In this document: positions 12,146 through 24,848 of the stretch, piece by piece
How positions within the stretch are numbered: the first letter of the stretch is position 1
Layout: the number at the start of each line of letters is the position of its first letter
NCBI RefSeq assembly: GCF_006345805.1
Contig: NC_042998.1
Span: 92,690,001 to 92,754,000 of the forward strand
Source of the DNA: Octopus sinensis
Lineage: Eukaryota
Reading direction: 5' to 3'
Length of the DNA stretch: 64,000 nt
The notes under the pieces: model-generated
The model's database searches: none
Told to the model about the DNA's origin: nothing
What the model saw: only the letters and a program-made list of their open reading frames with translations
Translations under genes and position numbers: made by a program

Positions 12146-12293
12146 CTAAGCCAATCTGTAAAGGTATTACAAATAAAGCTGCAGTTACTATAAAAGTGTT
12201 CAATACAAGAAACAGTTGACTGAAATATCTTTGTTAATAGTTATATAATGATATTCTTTCAAAACCTTGTTTCTCCATTAGTAGAATAATATA

Positions 12294-12780
12294 CATGGGC
12301 TGATCAAAAAGTACCAGGACTGTTGCTATGGTAATGGAACTAAAGTACACATAGTGAAGCCATGCACACTAAGTTTTGTTCTCACTTACTTCTGTTGCTT
12401 ATAGCATTGCTTGGAAGTAAAGTGTATAGAGTGTGATAATCTCAAAAAGAAGATTTGGTTTCAGTTGTGCAGGATCTCCTTTTGAAGAGGGTCATAACTG
12501 GTGACAAATAGTATGTCTATGGTTAAGATCCCTAAACCAAAGTAAAAATCAAATACCACTTGAAAGGAATAAGATTTGCAGGTATAGAAGATATCCAACA
12601 AGGCAACTGCCCACTGTCCCCAAAAAGGAGTTTCAGGAATGCTTCCATTTACGGAAAGATGCTGGATAAAGTAAGTGGTTTCAATATGGGGTTACTCTGA
12701 AGGAGATTAAATGCCGAATTGAAATATGTTGCAGTTTTCTTTTTATAGCACCAGTCCTGAAACATTTTGATCAAACCTCA
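12294..12780 (+). mobile_element. Internally deleted mariner transposon
   Basis: TA flanks; imperfect TIRs (..TGATCAAAAAGTACCAGGACTG / CAGTCCTGAAACATTTTGATCA..); remnants ITGDK*YVYG*DP*TK, LKGIRF, FQECF, EGD*. Confidence 0.8.
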
Positions 12781-12799
12781 TATAGTTTGATAAGGAATA

Positions 12800-13460
12800 A
12801 AAATATCATCTTCAAATATTTATGCATCAGAAGACGTTGGAGAAGGTGTGTGTGTGGGGGGGGGGGAAGCATTAAAAAAAACATGATCTACACTAAGAAA
12901 TCATGTAATATCTTCATCAACATCAGAAGAAAGCTATAGAAAAAAAATGTTTAAAAATCAGAAGCAAAAATTTAAAAAAATGTTTTATGACTCGTTAAAA
13001 ATGAATCATAAAGAAAACTAAAACAGAAAAAAATAATACCACAATCATAGATAATGGTTGATAAAATAAAAATCTTTGATAAAAAATGGACATACATTGT
13101 CAATATTTTTTTCTCTCTTGCATAAGTGAATTGTAGCTGAACGAAAGAAAATGTCTGTCCAACTATATTTGTTAGTTTGACATTGTAAGTCCGTTATTTT
13201 ATCGAAGTTCTTTTAAATTTGTTTTTATTTCTCATTATCTATGATTATTATTTGTTTTATAAGTTTTCTTATGTTTATTTTTAATGAAAATTTTGATTTT
13301 TGAATCATTTTATTTTTTCAATTTTGTTTCTGATTAAATTTGTTTTTCTATAGTTCTCTCCTGAAATTTGATGAAGACGTCATATGATTTCTTCTGTGCA
13401 GCTTTTCTAATCTTTCTCCCGGCTTCTTCAGATGTTTTAATATTTGAAGTTAATAATTTT
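12800..13460. repeat. Diverged long inverted repeat (foldback/MITE-like)
   Basis: Arms ~12800-13056 and ~13234-13460, e.g. AAGAAATCATGTAATATCTTCATCAA vs reverse complement of TTGATGAAGACGTCATATGATTTCTT. Confidence 0.6.
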
Positions 13461-13727
13461 TATTTATCAAGTTATGTATTATCTACTATTTACTACCTAC
13501 TGTGTACCATATTTGTGTGTTTGAGTGCGCATACATACATACATACATACATACATACATACATACATACACACATACATACATAATACAATACACGCAC
13601 ACACACACACACATATATGCACATACATGAGTGTGTGTGTATGTATGAGTATGAGTGTGCATGTAAATATGAGTGAATGCATGTATGTATGTAGGTATGT
13701 ATGTATATGTATGTATGATGTGTGTGC

Positions 13728-13767
<40 letters not shown>

Positions 13768-14964
13768 ATGTGTGTGTCTGTATGCTCATGTGTGTGTCTG
13801 TGTTACAGAGTGATTCAGTACATAGTCCATAGTTGTTGTGTAACAGGAATGCATTCTGCCCATGACCACCCTATCTTTTTAAGTGTATGTAGAACTACAT
13901 CATCTAATGATTCCTAGTATACTATGATTTGAAGGATATTTGGCTACTATTTCTTGCTTGTCAAATGATTACAAAGAGGCTGCTTTGCAGTAATGCTTTC
14001 ACCTACTTGTGGCCATCGTGCCAACATCTTGCTGGCCTCAACAGCATATATAGGGAAGAAGGGGGTCCCACTGGATACTGGCCAAGTTAAAAAAGATGAG
14101 AGGAGAGACTGAAGCTTGTGATGAAAAAACCAAATTTATGGTAAAATCATACTCAGACAAGACTGACATACAACACCTTCATATGATGTAACTCTAACAA
14201 GGGCTGTCACTCTAATGAGAGTCTCAACAGTCACAGCAGATGCTTCTCTGCCAGTGAGATCAAAGCAAGACTTTCCAGATGCAGTTTTATGGTCTCACTA
14301 GACTAAAGTACTATGCAATGGGAGCAAGCCCAGGACCAATAATTGCAAAGTGAACATCCTAATCTCACAGTCATGTTTGTACATTTGTTAAAATGACAAA
14401 TATGTCTACAGACTTAAGTTTTAATCTTTTGTTTTCCTATTCCTGTAAAAAAATATACTGTTGTACTTCTTTAGTTTTAAAATGTGATCCAGAGAACAAG
14501 ACCAGTATAGAAAGAGCATATCAATGTGAACTAGATGAACACAGTTTCATTTAAACATTAATACAAATGTGCAATTTGTAATTTATTCCATTGCATTATA
14601 TTAATACTAATAAATTTTGTAAATTTTGGATCTTTCTTTCCTTCAGTTATTAGTAATTAAAATTACAACCAGCTGTTATTTGTGAGTGAGTGTAACTAAG
14701 TAGGATGTATCATGCTTTTACTAATTGTTTTTAGATAGGTATGCAATTGCTGGCAGACTATAGACTCCTTTCCTTCTTCAGTTTTGATTCAGCAGAATAT
14801 TCAGGATGTGATGGCTGGAAGAAGAGAGGGCTGCACTGCCATCTGGCTGCTAATCATTTCAGTTGAGTAGCCTGGAGCCATATGGAATGAAATGTTTTGT
14901 ACTAGGATACAATATGCTATCGCGTCCAAGAACTGAATCTATGACCTTAGGATCATAAGAAGTG

Positions 14965-15200
14965 ATGGTGCATGGCTTAGTAGTTAGGGTATTTGACTCA
15001 CAATCATAAGGTTGAGAGCTCAATTCCTGGCTAGACACTTTATTCCACATTGCTCCAGTCCACTCAGCTGGCAAAGATGAATTGTACCTGTAACTCAAAG
15101 GGCCAACCTTGTTACATTCTGTGTTTCACTGAATTTCCGTGAGAACTATGTAAAGGGTATGCATGCAGGCTGTTCCATTTATTGCATCAACTAGTACACT
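14965..15200 (+). mobile_element. tRNA-derived SINE family A
   Basis: TGGCTTAGTAGTTAGGG A box; CTCCAGTCCACTCAGCTGGCAAA body as in 80-400. Confidence 0.75.
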
Positions 15201-15854
15201 CACCATTGTAACTAACTGAGGGACTGGCCATAATCATATGTCAAACATCTAATCCCTAAGCCATACACCTTCTCTAACTAGTAAGTAACTTCTAAAATGT
15301 GATTCAAATTTCTTCATTTGGAAATATAAATCAAGGTGAGCAATTATCTCATCACACAAACAATAATGATAATTAAAAGCTGGCAAGATATTGATATTCT
15401 TGAAGATTAACAAATGACAGTAATGGCAATACAAGTAGTGGTGATAGTAGGTTGTCATTATTCTCTTTAATATACAAGATACAACAAACAGCAGCAGGAA
15501 TATATTTCAGATATTTGCTTGGATCCATTATAGTAAAAGACATTCATGAGACTCCAATATGCGAATGCAATTTTATTTGCTGCTCTTGAAATTAATTCTA
15601 AATTGATTTATCTTAGTCACTGGAATTATTTCATTATAGCCTTAATATCAACATTATTAGTGTCTTAGATTTGATGAAATGATTAAAAACCCTTGGATAT
15701 CTTTAATGGAAATCATTCTTTCTTCTTTCCACTTGTTTTAGAGGCCCTGTAAAAGGTCATAGGCACTACCATTCTTCCTCTGACAAAGACCATCTCCCAT
15801 CGTCACGACCACTTCAAACAGAAATTTTATAAATTTAGGAAAAAGAATAAAAAT

Positions 15855-16089
15855 ATAATTCATGAGATGTATGCAGAACAGCAAATATCCAAACAATAAT
15901 ATATCTATTCATTCTTAATACCTTCTGGCAGATTCAAATGAGAATATTTGATCAGAGAATGCTCCATCTCTGGTGGAGAAAAACAACATCGATCAAAGAT
16001 TCACATTCAAATCTGACAGAACGTATTAAGAATGAATAGATATCTTATTGTTTGGAATCTTACTGTTCTGTGTGCAGCTCATGAATTAT
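15855..16089. repeat. Inverted repeat, ~99-bp arms, 37-bp spacer
   Basis: 15855-15953 vs 15991-16089, e.g. ATATCTATTCATTCTTAATAC / GTATTAAGAATGAATAGATAT. Confidence 0.85.
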
Positions 16090-17977
16090 TATCTGTTTGT
16101 TAGGTACCTGCATGTAGCAACAAATAGTTTGTTTGCTGATTCTTATAAACAAGAGCTTGTGCCTTTGTCAGATTCATCAGTCCAGAGTAGCTTTGACTGA
16201 AGAGACCCACAATGATGTTGAAACACCACAGTACCTCGAAGTCCCCTTAGACCAGTGAATCAAACTTTTTTTTCAAATTAGGAAAATCTTCATAAACAAA
16301 AACCAGATCTTTGAAATGGAATGTTAATGTCACCATTGTAGTAACAAATCAGAGTTGTTGATTACAAATCAATCAAGTTAACTCGACTTGAGAGATTGAA
16401 AACAAGAAAATATTAGACCTGAGAGAAGAGTAGGCAGAAGAATGGAATGCTGGTGCAATCATGAATTTAAGTCAGGTGATATTTAATATTAGACATCATC
16501 TGACAGCCTGACTTTTCAACATGAATAGTCTGCAACACAAATAGCTGAAACTACTGCTAATTTATAAACTTTACCATGGAAGAGTCACTTGCATTCATTT
16601 ACTCACAGTTTCTACCTCTTTCTACATCTCTCTTATCTTTAGGGCCTTAACATTGCAAGTTACAAGGTGATTATCACTAGTGCTGGTACCACAAAAGAAG
16701 AAGCAGCCTGTACACATTGTATAGTGTTAGGAAGGGCATCCAGATATAGAAACCACATCAAAGTAGACGTTGCTTTATGATGCATTTCTCCAAATCATCA
16801 GATCCAGTCAAACCATACAACCCATGCAAGGATAGAAACCAGATATTAAATGATGATGATGATGATGATGATAATTAATCAAATGCTTCTGCATATAATG
16901 ACATGCTCATGTTTATCTTTATTTAACTAAAAAGAAATCTTTATATTATGTGTGAATTTTTATGTGACTGAATCCACAATGAAACTGAAGTTATTTTTGT
17001 TTATATAAACCTCTCAGTAAGTTGAAATCATTATAATTTATACAAGCCACAGACCTAAAATAATTATACAAACACATAGCTATAACATATAAAGTAAAGT
17101 TGCCAAATAAAATTAAATGCTTTGTGATTCAAGAATAATTACAAATGAAAATATTGTTTTGATTTTTTTTGTTTTTGTTTCTTATTTTCATTGGTAACTC
17201 AGATATTAATTGCAGATGCTACTCAAAATTAAGATATTTTATTAATTAACAGTTTAAACTGACAATCATCTATGAGCTTTCATTTTATATTCTTCTGAGG
17301 TTAATAATGAAAAATAGATTTCATCAACTTTTAATTGTTAATATTCTAAACTGGATGAAGTTGTTATCAAACTCTTTTACTTGTTTACTCTTTCACTTGT
17401 TTTGTTCATTGGACTGTGGTGATGCTGGCTTTTGGTTAATCATATATCAGCTTCAGTACTTATTTTAGTGATCTTTATTTGTCACACAGCAAAGTCACAG
17501 GATATAAGTGCAGACAGCATTATTTATTCAAGCAGTGCCAATGGGAAGATATACACACACATGCATATGCACACACATGCACACGTGCACACACACACAC
17601 TTAATTGGCATAAATTTTATGATTCAACTGTTCTGAACTTAAGAAGTAGGAACACCATGTTTATCAAAATTTACCCCAAAAGTAAGTTTTAAAAATCATC
17701 TGGAATTATAAATTACTGCTTTATTACTTTTTCGACAATCAATTGAAGAAACTCAAATTGCAAATAAAATATAATGTGCTGGATGTGAAGATATGATTAA
17801 TTCATAAATTGTTCAGGTAATTTTTGTTTCCCACGTTTTCTTCATTATGTACCAAAGAGTAGAGATAAGTTCTTGATGACAAGAAGTCAGTCTTGATTCC
17901 AAGTAGAAGCCATGTCTGTAATTCCTACTGGAGTAATTGTGTCTCAACTACTACAACTTCCTATTTCCTTTCCTTAA

Positions 17978-18196
17978 CCCTTTAGCCCTTAAACCGGCCA
18001 TATCCAGCCAAAATAATCTACCTGTTTTATTTTAAACTGGCCAGATCCAGCCTCTCACTCCTACACTACGATATCATTCTAAAATTAAACAATCACATCA
18101 TTGAAGTCTCAAAGCTACAAGGTAATTGATGACTAATCAAAGATAATCTGAATAAATAAGAATTATATTTGACAGAGTAATCTGAATGCTAAAGGG
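17978..18196. mobile_element. piggyBac-type MITE
   Basis: TTAA target sites on both sides; terminal inverted CCCTTTAGC / GCTAAAGGG. Confidence 0.75.
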
Positions 18197-18244
18197 TTAA
18201 ATTTTCATGCTTATTTCATTGTAACAACCAATTATTCTTTCTTT

Positions 18245-18940
18245 TTTTTTACCTGTTTCAGCCATTAGACTGTAGCCATGTTGGGACACTATCTTGAAGA
18301 ATTCCAGTTGAATGAATTGACCACAGTATCTTTTTCTTTTTAAGCCTGGTACTTATTATATCTGTCTCTTTTGCTGAACCACTAAGTTGGCACTCAATTG
18401 GTTACAGCAAGAGTTTCAGAACAGCCTACTCAGGAAATTAATGTGTAAGTGGCTGAGCACTCCACGGACATGTGTATCCTTAATGTAGTTCTCAGGGAGA
18501 TATAGTGTGACACAGAATGTGACAAGGCTAGCCCTTTGAAATACAGGTACTAATAATTTTTGCCAGCTGAGTGGACTGGACCAATGTCAAAAAAAGTGTC
18601 TTGTTCAAGGACACAATGTGAAACCAGAAATTGAATGCATGATTTTATGATTATGAGCCAAATACCCAAACCACTAAGCTATGCACCTTCACCGAACAAG
18701 TTATGACGATTTAAATACATGAACACGGGATGTCAAGTAGTGGTGGAGGACAAACACTGGATCAGACACACACACATACACGATGGGCTTCTTTCCATTT
18801 CTGTCTACCACATCTACTGACAAGCATTGGTTGGCTCAAAGCTATAGTAGAAGTCACTTGCCCAAGTTACCATGCAGTTGGATTGAACCCAGAACTGTGT
18901 ATTGGTAGGAAAACTTCTTACCACCCAACCATGCCTGCTC
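18245..18940 (-). mobile_element. SINE family C with a nested family A SINE (18390-18692)
   Basis: Family C halves interrupted by a complete minus-strand family A copy. Confidence 0.7.
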
Positions 18941-19749
18941 CTATTCATTTTACTTAGTTTTTCATTCCCTTCCCATTTCTGTTAGTTATATTCAATAGTT
19001 CTCATATCTGTCAGTCTTATTTAGTCAATTCTAATTTCTATTCCATTAGCTTTCTTCAGACACACCTTATCACTGACACTTAAGTAACTGCTAGAATTGA
19101 TTCAGAAAATTACTTTTGACATGAATATTTTGTAGTGTTTGCTTATTATAGAGTACATTTGCTACTTAACTCTGCTGCTTGGTGAATAAAATTTAGTACA
19201 TGACAACATTGGGAAATTATATATGAAATTAAGATGCATGTCGAACTATCTCCAGTTCACAAGATCATTTTCTTAGATTGAAGCTATTATATCTGTACTT
19301 TAAGTATGCTTCATTATAAAAAGAGATAGAAGCTTATATCTAGATTGACAAGCAAAGGAAATTAATAACATTTAGGACCATAGTCAGTAAATTTTGACAT
19401 TGAGCAATTACTGGAATTTTTCCAGTTTAGACTTTCTGTATTATAGTTAAAAGACTTAGGGAAAGATGTTCTCTATTATCAGAAGAGAAAGCTCTGTGAG
19501 ATGTGCTTATCACACATGCAACTCCTCCAAATGTTGAGCTAGAGTTGATTACTTTAGCTATATTTTATCCAGTACAATGTATACACATGAGCCAGCAAAT
19601 CAATTATTATGAACATTGTTTGACCTGATACAGAAACTAAATTTTACCTACCATTTTTATGGACTTACACATTGTAACCATCTCTTCTGCATTCATCAAA
19701 TCAATCATGTAGTCTAACTTAAACAATATACTGAAGTTCTAAGAAGTAA

Positions 19750-19781
<32 letters not shown>

Positions 19782-20030
19782 ATGTTGTTTTGGCCACTGC
19801 CATCATCATTGCTGTCACCACGACCACCACGACTACCATGACAATGATGATGACGACAACCACGACCACGATGATGACTACCACCACCACCTTCACCTCC
19901 ACCACGATCACCTCCACGACCACCACCACGACCACCATGACCATGATGATGACAATGATGATGACGACAACGACGATGACCACCACCACGACCACCTCAA
20001 CCACGACCATCTCCACCACCACCACCACTT
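19750..20030 (+). repeat. Mixed trinucleotide low-complexity tract (CAT/ACC/ACG/ATG)
   Basis: Direct reading. Confidence 0.9.
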
Positions 20031-20377
20031 TGATGTCTAATTTTCCATGCTTGCACGGTCTGGATGAAGTTTATCAAAGTAGATTTTCTTTGGTTGAATG
20101 CTCTTCTTGTTGTCAGCCCTTACCTGTCTGCAAGCGAAGTAATATTTCCCTGTGGCCAGACATGTTTCACAGACAATTAGAAATGAATGACATTTATTTA
20201 CAACAATCACGTGAGGTCAAAACAAACATACATGCACTCATTCATGGCAGTGAGGGAAGAAGCTTGCTTCTCAATCACATGGTTCCAGGTTCAGTCCCAT
20301 TGCGTGGGCAAGCATCTTTTACTACAGCCCTGGGCTGACCAAAGTCTTGTCAGTGGAAAACTGAAAAGAAGCCCATC

Positions 20378-20410
<33 letters not shown>

Positions 20411-20459
20411 TGTATGTATGTATGTATGTATGTATGAATGTATGTATGTATGCATGTAC

Positions 20460-20537
<78 letters not shown>

Positions 20538-20597
20538 GTATGCATGTATGTATGTATGTATGTTTGTATGCATATATATATATATATATATATATCA

Positions 20598-21452
20598 TTA
20601 AAATAGCAAGAACATTCATCGAAAAATTCTTAGTTACCAGTGGTCTAGCAAAAATGAAAAAATTAGTCAATAGACTGTATATTATTCAGAGAAGAATACA
20701 GTGTACGTTCAAACACAAAAGAGATACCCGAAGAATAGGATATCTGACTCGCTAGAAAGAGCAGTTAAAACTCCAAGCCACCAATTGTTGTAATTCTGCA
20801 GAAACCTTGCAGGGTCTACGATTAAGGTAAAAGTTTTTATTTTTCAATCACTTTCGAATTACAAATGATGGCTTGGAGTTTTAACCTGCTCTTTCTAATG
20901 AGTCAGATATCCTATTCTTCGGGTATCTCTTTTGTGTTTGAATGTACACTGTATTCTTCTCTGAATAATATATAGTCTATTGACTAATTTTTTCTTTCTT
21001 GCTAGACCACTGGTAACTAAGAATTTTTCGATGAATATTCTTGCTACCTTAAGAATTTAATTAATGATAAAATGGTTTTTGGCTAATTCTGGAAGAAAAT
21101 CGGCAATTTATTTATTTAGTGCTGGTTGAGTTCTGCATCTGCACGATAGATTCAAAAAATTAGAACCTATAGACATGTGGCGGGTTATTATCGCTCCGTG
21201 TCTATGTGTTAGGTCCTGGCAACCTACTGAAGAAGCAGCGCCAGATATAGACTGAAATTATTTTATTTCAATCTGTATGTAAGTCTGCAGAAACCTTGCA
21301 GGGTCTAGGATTAAGGTAAAAGTTTTTATTTTTCAATCACTTTCGGAATTACAACAATTGGTGGCTTGGAGTTTTAACTGCTCTTTCTAGCGAGTCAGAT
21401 ATCCTATTCTTCGGGTATCTCTTTCGTGTTTGAACGTACACTGTATTCTTCT
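20598..21452 (+). mobile_element. Non-autonomous PLE/retrozyme-like element: inverted arm + 489-bp partial tandem
   Basis: 20598-20793 is the reverse complement of the repeat end; TCTGCAGAAACC recurs at 20795 and 21284; complete HHR at 21223-21309. Confidence 0.8.
21223..21309 (+). ncRNA. Type I hammerhead ribozyme
   Basis: CCTA-CTGAAGA-A-GCAG..(long hairpin)..CTGC-A-GAAAC-CTTGCAGG-GTC-TAGG; near-palindromic stem III, GUC site at 21303-21305. Confidence 0.75.
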
Positions 21453-21496
21453 CTCTCTCTATATATATGTATGTATGCATGCATATATATATATAT

Positions 21497-24400
21497 AGGG
21501 TCTCTAGAGCCCATGCCTCCCACACCCTCAGGGTTGGCACCCTCAACGTTGGCACTCTGAAAGGTAGGTCTGGTGAGATAGTCGAGATGCTTGAACGGAG
21601 ATGTGTGGATATATGTTGCATGCAAGAAATAAGGTGGAGAGGAGGATCAGCTAGGTTCCTCACAGGCAAGGAACGCAGGTACAAGATTTTCTGGGCAGGG
21701 AACACTGACGGGGTTGGTGGCGTGGGTATACTTATCGCTGAGAAATGGGTAGATAAAGTAATTGAGGTAATCAGAGTATGTGACAGAATACTTAAGATTA
21801 GATTAGTGCTTCATCATAGTTTAGCAACCATTATATCAGCCTATGCTCCTCAGTCGGGGCTACCCGATGGACAGAAAGACCGATTCTATGACACTCTACT
21901 GCAGACTACCTCGTTGACGAACGACAGAGACCTTATCTTTGTGGCTGGTGACTTCAATGGTCACGTTGGACGACATGCTGGGGGCTTCCATGGCGTACAT
22001 GGAGGCTATGGCTATGGCTCCCGCAACGAGGAGGGAACCAGGCTGCTGGAGTTTGCGATGCAAATAATCTTGATTTGCAACACTAACTTCAGGAAACCTA
22101 CCAGCCACCTAGTCACTTACCAATCGGGCCAACATACCAGCCAAATTGACTACATCCTTACAAGGCAAAGGGAGAGATGGCTGTTTATAAATGCCAAAAC
22201 CTTCCCAGGTGAAGAATGTACCCCACAACATAGACTGGTAGTTAGTGACTTTAGGATCAGGACTAGGAGGACAACCAGAAGACGACAAATATGGAGAAGA
22301 AGGATCTGGAAGCTTAAAGATCCTGCAAATGGACAGAGATTTAGGGACATATTACTTGAAGCCTCTGACGAAGTAGAAGGGGATAGAGCATCACAGGGGT
22401 TAGAAGACAGCTGGACGTTTCTAAGGGACAACCTGCTGAGAGCCACTGACCAGATCTGTGGCTGGTGCAAAGTCCCCTCTCGACCTAGAATAACGTGGTG
22501 GTGGAACAATATTGTAGACAGGGCTATTAGAGAAAAGAGACAGGCTTAGAAGGTCTGGAAAAATGGGGGTAGCAGGGGATTGTATCAGACTGCCAAAAGA
22601 GAAGCTAGGAGACAGGTTTATTTAGCCAGAGGGGAAGCAGATAAGAAAAAATTTGCCAATGTTCTGCGCCGTGAGGACCAAAGACTGGAGGTGTTTCGTG
22701 TTGCAAGACAGTGTGTGAGAGAGAATCGTGATGTGGTAGGAGAGAAGTGTGTTCGCATGGAAGATGGTTCACTTGCGCTAAATGAGGATGCAAAGAGAGA
22801 GGTTTGGAGATGCCACTATGAAAGGTTGCTGAATGAAGAAAATGAATGGGATAAAGAGAGTCTGCCGAATGTTGACCCAACAGAGGGACCAGCTATCCGA
22901 GTTGATAGTTCCGTGGTAGCTAAGGCAATTAGAAGCATGAAGACAGGGAAAGCCCCAGGCCCATCAGGAATCACTGCAGAGATGCTCAAAATGTCTGGTA
23001 GTGTCGGCTATAGCCTAGTCACCCGTATAGTTAATCAGGTGATACACAAAGGGGTCATACCCAATGACTGGTGTAGCAGTATAATAGTCAACTGCTACAA
23101 AGGTAAAGGTGATGCCCTAGATACAAATAACTACAGAGGTATCAAGCTGTTGGACCAGGTGATGAAGGTTACGGAGAGGGTCATAGCCCAACTAATTAGA
23201 GAGAGAGTTAGTTTAGATGAGATGCAGTTTGGGTTTGTGCCAGGGAAAAGTACTACTGATGCTATATTCCTGGTAAGGCAGCTGCAGGAGAAATACCTAG
23301 CCAAAGATAAGCCCCTGTACCTGGCTTTTGTTGACATGGAGAAAGCCTTCGACAGGGTCCCCCGATCCCTTATCTGGTGGGCAATGAGGAAACTAGGGAT
23401 AGATGAATGGTTAGTGAGAGCTGTGCGGGCCATGTACAGGGACGCCGCTAGTAGGGTGAGGGTTGGAAATGTGTACAGTGAAGAATTCCGGGTAGAGGTA
23501 GGAGTCCACCAAGGCTCAGTACTCAGCCCCCTCCTATTTATCATAGTCCTCCAGGCAATAACGGAGGAATTCAAGACAGGATGCCCTTGGGAGCTCCTCT
23601 ATGCTGATGACCTTGCTCTAATTGCTGAGTCGCTATCAGAACTGGAGGAGAAGTTTCAGGTGTGGAAACAAGGATTAGAATCGAAGGGCCTCAGAGTCAA
23701 TCTAGCTAAAACCAAAGTCGTAATCAGTAGGAAGGTAGACAAATCACAAACACCTTCAGGTAGATGGCCCTGCTCGATCTGTAGAAAAGGTGTAGGTAGA
23801 AACTCTATAAGATGCACCAAGTGTAAGCTATGGACACATAAGAGATGCAGCAATGTCAAAGGAAGGCTAACTAGGAAGATGGTTTTTGTATGTGGCAGAT
23901 GCTCAGGAACAATAAACACTGAAAATGCTCTGAGACCAACTTCCGTCACTTTCCAGGGAGAAAAACTAGAAATAGTTGATAGTTTCCGTTACCTAGGTGA
24001 CCAAGTCAGCAGCGGGGGCGGGTGTGCTGAAAGTGTAACTGCTAGAGTAAGAATAGCTTGGGCAAAGTTCAGAGAGCTCTTACCTCTACTGGTGACAAAA
24101 GGCCTCTCGCACAGAGTGAAAGGCAGACTGTATGATGCGTGTGTACGAACAGCCATGCTACATGGCAGTGAAACATGGGCCGTGACTGCTGAGGATATGC
24201 GTAAGCTCGCTAGAAATGAAGCCAGTATGCTCCGATGGATGTGTAATGCCGGTACTCACACTCGGCAGAGTGTAAGTACCTTGAGAGAAAAGCTGGACCT
24301 AAGAAGCATCAGTTGTGGTGTGCAAGAGAGACGTTTGCGCTGGTATGGTCATGTGGCGAGAATGGATGAAGATAGTTGTGTGAAAAAGTGCCACACCCTA

Positions 24401-24556
24401 GCGGTTGAGGGAACCTGTGGAAGAGGCAGACCCAGGAAAACCTGGGACGAGGTGGTGAAGCACGACCTTCGAACTTTAGGTCTCACTGAGGAAATGACTA
24501 GAGACCGAGACCTCTGGAAGTGTGCTGTGCGCGAGAAGACCCGGCAGGACAAGTGA
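21497..24556 (+). pseudogene. RTE ORF (APE endonuclease + RT + PHD-like finger) with one in-frame TAG at 22547-22549
   Basis: GTLNV, MQE, SAYAPQ, GDFNGH, QIDY (APE); KAPGP, YRGI, QFGF, DMEKAFD, QGSVLSP, YADD, YLG, RLRWYGH (RT). ORFs 21467-22549 and 22580-24556 share one frame. Confidence 0.9.
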
Positions 24557-24769
24557 GTTCATAACCCGTGGCCTTCTACATGGGATGGAGCCAGCCTACG
24601 TATGCATACCTTCCCTTCTTGGGACACAAAACTCTACTTGTGAAGACGTGATGAGGCAAGTGAGGATCAGAATCGAAATCGATCAATGGAAATTGCGGAT
24701 GTGCTACCAGTGCCGGTGGCATGTCAAAACTCTACTTGTGAAGACCCGTTGAGGCAAGTGACGATCAGA

Positions 24770-24848
24770 ATCGAAATCGATCAATGGAAATCGATCAATG
24801 GAAATCGATCAATGGAAATCGATCAAGGGAAATCGATCAATGGAAATT
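24770..24848 (+). repeat. 14-bp tandem repeat (GAAATCGATCAATG)n in RTE 3' UTR
   Basis: About five consecutive units; fewer in the twin copy at 55416-55448. Confidence 0.9.

Noticed and set aside
24670-24848. Regular repeats resembling a CRISPR array
   Set aside because: Contiguous 14-bp units without unique spacers, inside an RTE 3' UTR; no cas genes; eukaryotic context.
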